Source: Eubacteriales bacterium (GTDB lineage Bacteria; Bacillota; Clostridia; Lachnospirales; JAITVM01). From it: 64,000 bases of DNA. A program made the translations under genes and the position numbers. Where the stretch lies: positions 18,814 through 82,813 of the forward strand of contig JAVBOA010000015.1 of the NCBI GenBank assembly GCA_031551135.1, written 5' to 3'. Below the pieces are notes generated by a model. The model made no database searches. It had not been told where the DNA came from and saw nothing but the letters and a program-made list of their open reading frames with translations. Positions within the stretch are counted from its first letter, which is position 1. Each line of letters starts with the position of its first letter. Positions 61,726 through 64,000 of this stretch are shown here, piece by piece.

Positions 61726-62916
61726 ATGCAAACTCCATCTTCAAACAGGCTACATGTTGCGATTTTCGGCGACACGAACTCAGGAAAATCCTCGATTTTC
61801 AATAAGCTTATCGGTCAGGAAATTTCGATAGTTTCGGAAATTAGCGGAACGACTACAGACCCTGTTTCAAAAGCAATAGAATTTTTGCCGTTTGGCCCGA
61901 TAGTTCTGATCGATACGGCCGGTCTGTCCGATTTTTCGGCGCTCGGCGAAAAGCGCATTGATAAAACAAAGACTGTTTTAAACCGTACAGACCTTGCGCT
62001 TTATATTATTGATTGCGAAAATTATAATAAAGAAGTTTTTGCGGAATTCAAAAAACTCTTTAAAGAATTTAATATTCCATATATCACTGTATTAAATAAA
62101 GAAGATAAACATTCCAACGCTGAAGAAAATTTCGAAAACGCAATTTCAGTTTCGGCTCTTGACGATAAAAAAATCCAAGATTTGCGTGAGAAAATAATTT
62201 CTGAATTAAATAAAATTCAAAATGAAACAAAAGAACCCTCGTTATCGGCTTATTTAAAGCAATCTTCCACGGTTGTGCTGGTAATACCGATAGATTCGGA
62301 AGCGCCGAAAGGCAGAATTATTTTGCCGCAAGTTCAAATAATAAGGGATTGTTTGGACAATAATATTAAATGTATAATAACTAATGAAAATACAATTTCC
62401 GAAGTTTTTGAGCAATGCAAAAATATCGACATTGTAATAACCGACAGCAAAATATTTCCTTTAGTAAATAAAATCGTTCCAAAAGATATTTTATTGACTT
62501 CATTTTCGGTTTTATTGGCTGAACAAAAGGGCGATTTAAAAACATTTATAGAAGGCGCGAAAGCTGTAAATAATTTAAAAGACGGCGACACGGTTTTGAT
62601 TGCCGAAACTTGTACGCATACGCATAACCATGAGGATATCGGGCAAGTGATTATTCCGAACGCAATCAGAAAAATTACCGGAAAACAAATTAATTTTGAG
62701 TTTTTATACGGAAAGGAATTTTCGATTTCGGATAAAAATTATTCGCTTATTATTCATTGCGGCGGCTGCATGGTCACAAGGCGCGAGCTTTTGAGCCGCA
62801 TAAAAATTTCCGCTGATAATAAAATCCCGATTACAAATTATGGTCTTGTACTTTCTTTGGCAAGCGGGATTTTAGAAAGAACCGTAGAATTTACACAAAA
62901 CAATACAAAAGATTAA
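61726..62916 (+). CDS. hydF: [FeFe]-hydrogenase H-cluster maturation GTPase HydF
   Basis: G1 GDTNSGKSS, G2/G3 TTDPV..DTAG, NKED. C-terminal cluster ligands CTHTHNHED...IHCGGCM. Confidence 0.9.
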   Translation: MQTPSSNRLHVAIFGDTNSGKSSIFNKLIGQEISIVSEISGTTTDPVSKAIEFLPFGPIVLIDTAGLSDFSALGEKRIDKTKTVLNRTDLALYIIDCENYNKEVFAEFKKLFKEFNIPYITVLNKEDKHSNAEENFENAISVSALDDKKIQDLREKIISELNKIQNETKEPSLSAYLKQSSTVVLVIPIDSEAPKGRIILPQVQIIRDCLDNNIKCIITNENTISEVFEQCKNIDIVITDSKIFPLVNKIVPKDILLTSFSVLLAEQKGDLKTFIEGAKAVNNLKDGDTVLIAETCTHTHNHEDIGQVIIPNAIRKITGKQINFEFLYGKEFSISDKNYSLIIHCGGCMVTRRELLSRIKISADNKIPITNYGLVLSLASGILERTVEFTQNNTKD

Positions 62917-62944
62917 GAAGAAGCAAAAATAAAGGAGGCTTTTT

Positions 62945-63742
62945 ATGTATGGCTTTATCGGTGCCGGAAATATGGCCGGTGCTATTATTAAAGGCGTTGT
63001 AAAATCAAAGGCTATTGAGCCGCAGGAAATTATTATTTATGATATAAATTATGAAAACTCGGAAAAATTAGCGAAAGAATTGGGAATAGGGCGGGCTATG
63101 TCAAATCTGGAGCTAATCGAAAAGTCGGATTGTATTATTTTATGCGTAAAGCCGAATGTTTTGCCGAATCTTATTTCCGAATATAAAGAAATAATTAAAG
63201 AAAAGAATCCGTTGATTATTTCTATTGCGGCAGGCGTTTCAATAAAATCCATGGAGAATATTTTATCCAATGATAAACGCCTGATTCGTGTAATGCCGAA
63301 TATAAATGCGGATGTCGGAGAAGCTATGTCTTGCATTTGCTATAATGAGCAGATTAAGGACAGCGACAAAGATATCGCAAAAAAAATATTTGAGTCGATT
63401 GGCAAAATCTGCGAGCTTGACGAAAATTATATCGCGGTTTTTTCCGGAATCGCCGGATGTTCGCCGGCCTTTACTTTTATGTTTATCGAGTCATTGGCAA
63501 AAGCCGCACATAAAAATGGTATTAATAAAAGCATGGCGATAAAGATTGCGGCACAGGCGGTTTACGGCTCTGCGAAGAAAATTTTAGAATCAGATGAACA
63601 TCCAAACGCTTTGGCGGATAAAGTTTGTTCGCCCGGCGGCACAACGATAGAGGGCGTTTGCAAGTTGGATGAATTGGCGTTTTCTTCTGCAATTGTTCAA
63701 GCTGTTGAAGCAACAATCCAAAAAGATGCAAAATTGATGTAA
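62945..63742 (+). CDS. proC: Pyrroline-5-carboxylate reductase
   Basis: FIGAGNMAGAII, ILCVKPN, RVMPN, and C-terminal VCSPGGTTIEG. Confidence 0.9.
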   Translation: MYGFIGAGNMAGAIIKGVVKSKAIEPQEIIIYDINYENSEKLAKELGIGRAMSNLELIEKSDCIILCVKPNVLPNLISEYKEIIKEKNPLIISIAAGVSIKSMENILSNDKRLIRVMPNINADVGEAMSCICYNEQIKDSDKDIAKKIFESIGKICELDENYIAVFSGIAGCSPAFTFMFIESLAKAAHKNGINKSMAIKIAAQAVYGSAKKILESDEHPNALADKVCSPGGTTIEGVCKLDELAFSSAIVQAVEATIQKDAKLM

Positions 63743-63747
63743 TATAT

Positions 63748-63796
63748 CGGTTTGGTTTTTATTGATGTATAAATTTATACAAATAAAAATCAAGCC
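63748..63796. repeat. Hairpin repeat family 2-like terminator after proC
   Basis: CGGTTTGGTTTTTATTGATGTATAAATTTATACAAATAAAAATCAAGCCG is a long near-perfect hairpin beginning 6 nt after the proC stop. Confidence 0.7.
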
Positions 63797-63830
63797 GTAT
63801 TTGAATTTTAATTTTCGGGAGGTATTAAAT

Positions 63831-64000
63831 TTGGGTGATATTTTTGTAGGCTTATTGTTTTTAGCAATAGGCGGTCTTACGCTTTTTCTGTCAATCACAA
63901 ACAGCGATGCTCTGTTAGATCCGCGCCGGGCGAATTTTATAGTCAGCACTTTTGGGCGTGAAAAGGCAAGAATTATTTACATAGCAATCGGCGTAATTTT
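63831..64000 (+). CDS. Hypothetical membrane protein, 3'-truncated by window edge
   Basis: TTG 7 nt after GGGAGGT. Translates LGDIFVGLLFLAIGGLTLFLSIT... and the frame is open to the window end. Confidence 0.35.
   Translation, partial: MGDIFVGLLFLAIGGLTLFLSITNSDALLDPRRANFIVSTFGREKARIIYIAIGVI

Overview
AT-rich (by eye about one-third GC, not computed) chromosomal segment that looks like an anaerobic, spore-forming Firmicutes/Clostridia genome. Supporting genes are pdaA, a YhcN/YlaJ-like lipoprotein, an orphan histidine kinase, hydF and the metG-tatD-yabE synteny. I support about 59 CDS. I recognised no rRNA, tRNA, CRISPR array, transposase, integrase or phage genes. Gene blocks: (1) 547-7764, a tightly packed non-canonical dlt-like operon (DltA-like adenylase, GNAT, carrier protein, MBOAT, DltD-like::NodB fusion) next to a tandem-NodB deacetylase. 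(2) 8430-16620, envelope and sporulation genes (pseudo-JAMM/LysM protein, minimal orphan histidine kinase, LCP, SLH protein, pdaA, stalk-domain surface protein). (3) 16789-20648, an ECF S-component, P-loop kinase, FAD/Rieske oxidoreductase and tocopherol-cyclase-like cluster of unknown function. (4) 21092-30230, mixed housekeeping genes (thioredoxin lipoprotein, apbE, dihydropyrimidinase, surface protein, GDPD, hydrolase, xth). (5) 30243-31567, a very AT-rich gene-poor island. (6) 31568-44569, a hexuronate/pectin locus (ROK regulator, kdgK-kduD-kduI-eda, uxaC, TIM-barrel enzyme, uxaB-uxaA, GntR, MATE). (7) 45349-48563, a corrinoid methyltransferase module with a PocR-AraC regulator. (8) 48635-63742, a GGDEF-EAL protein, yabE-tatD-metG, HAD, GNAT, a GntR-linked orphan membrane operon, hydF and proC. 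The two signals I rate highest are the dlt-like aminoacylation operon with embedded GNAT and deacetylase modules, and two families of dispersed palindromic intergenic repeats. One repeat family is about 115 bp and shows compensatory stem changes between copies. The other is about 70 bp and sits directly after stop codons. All functional calls come from motif reading of the supplied translations; no database search was run.
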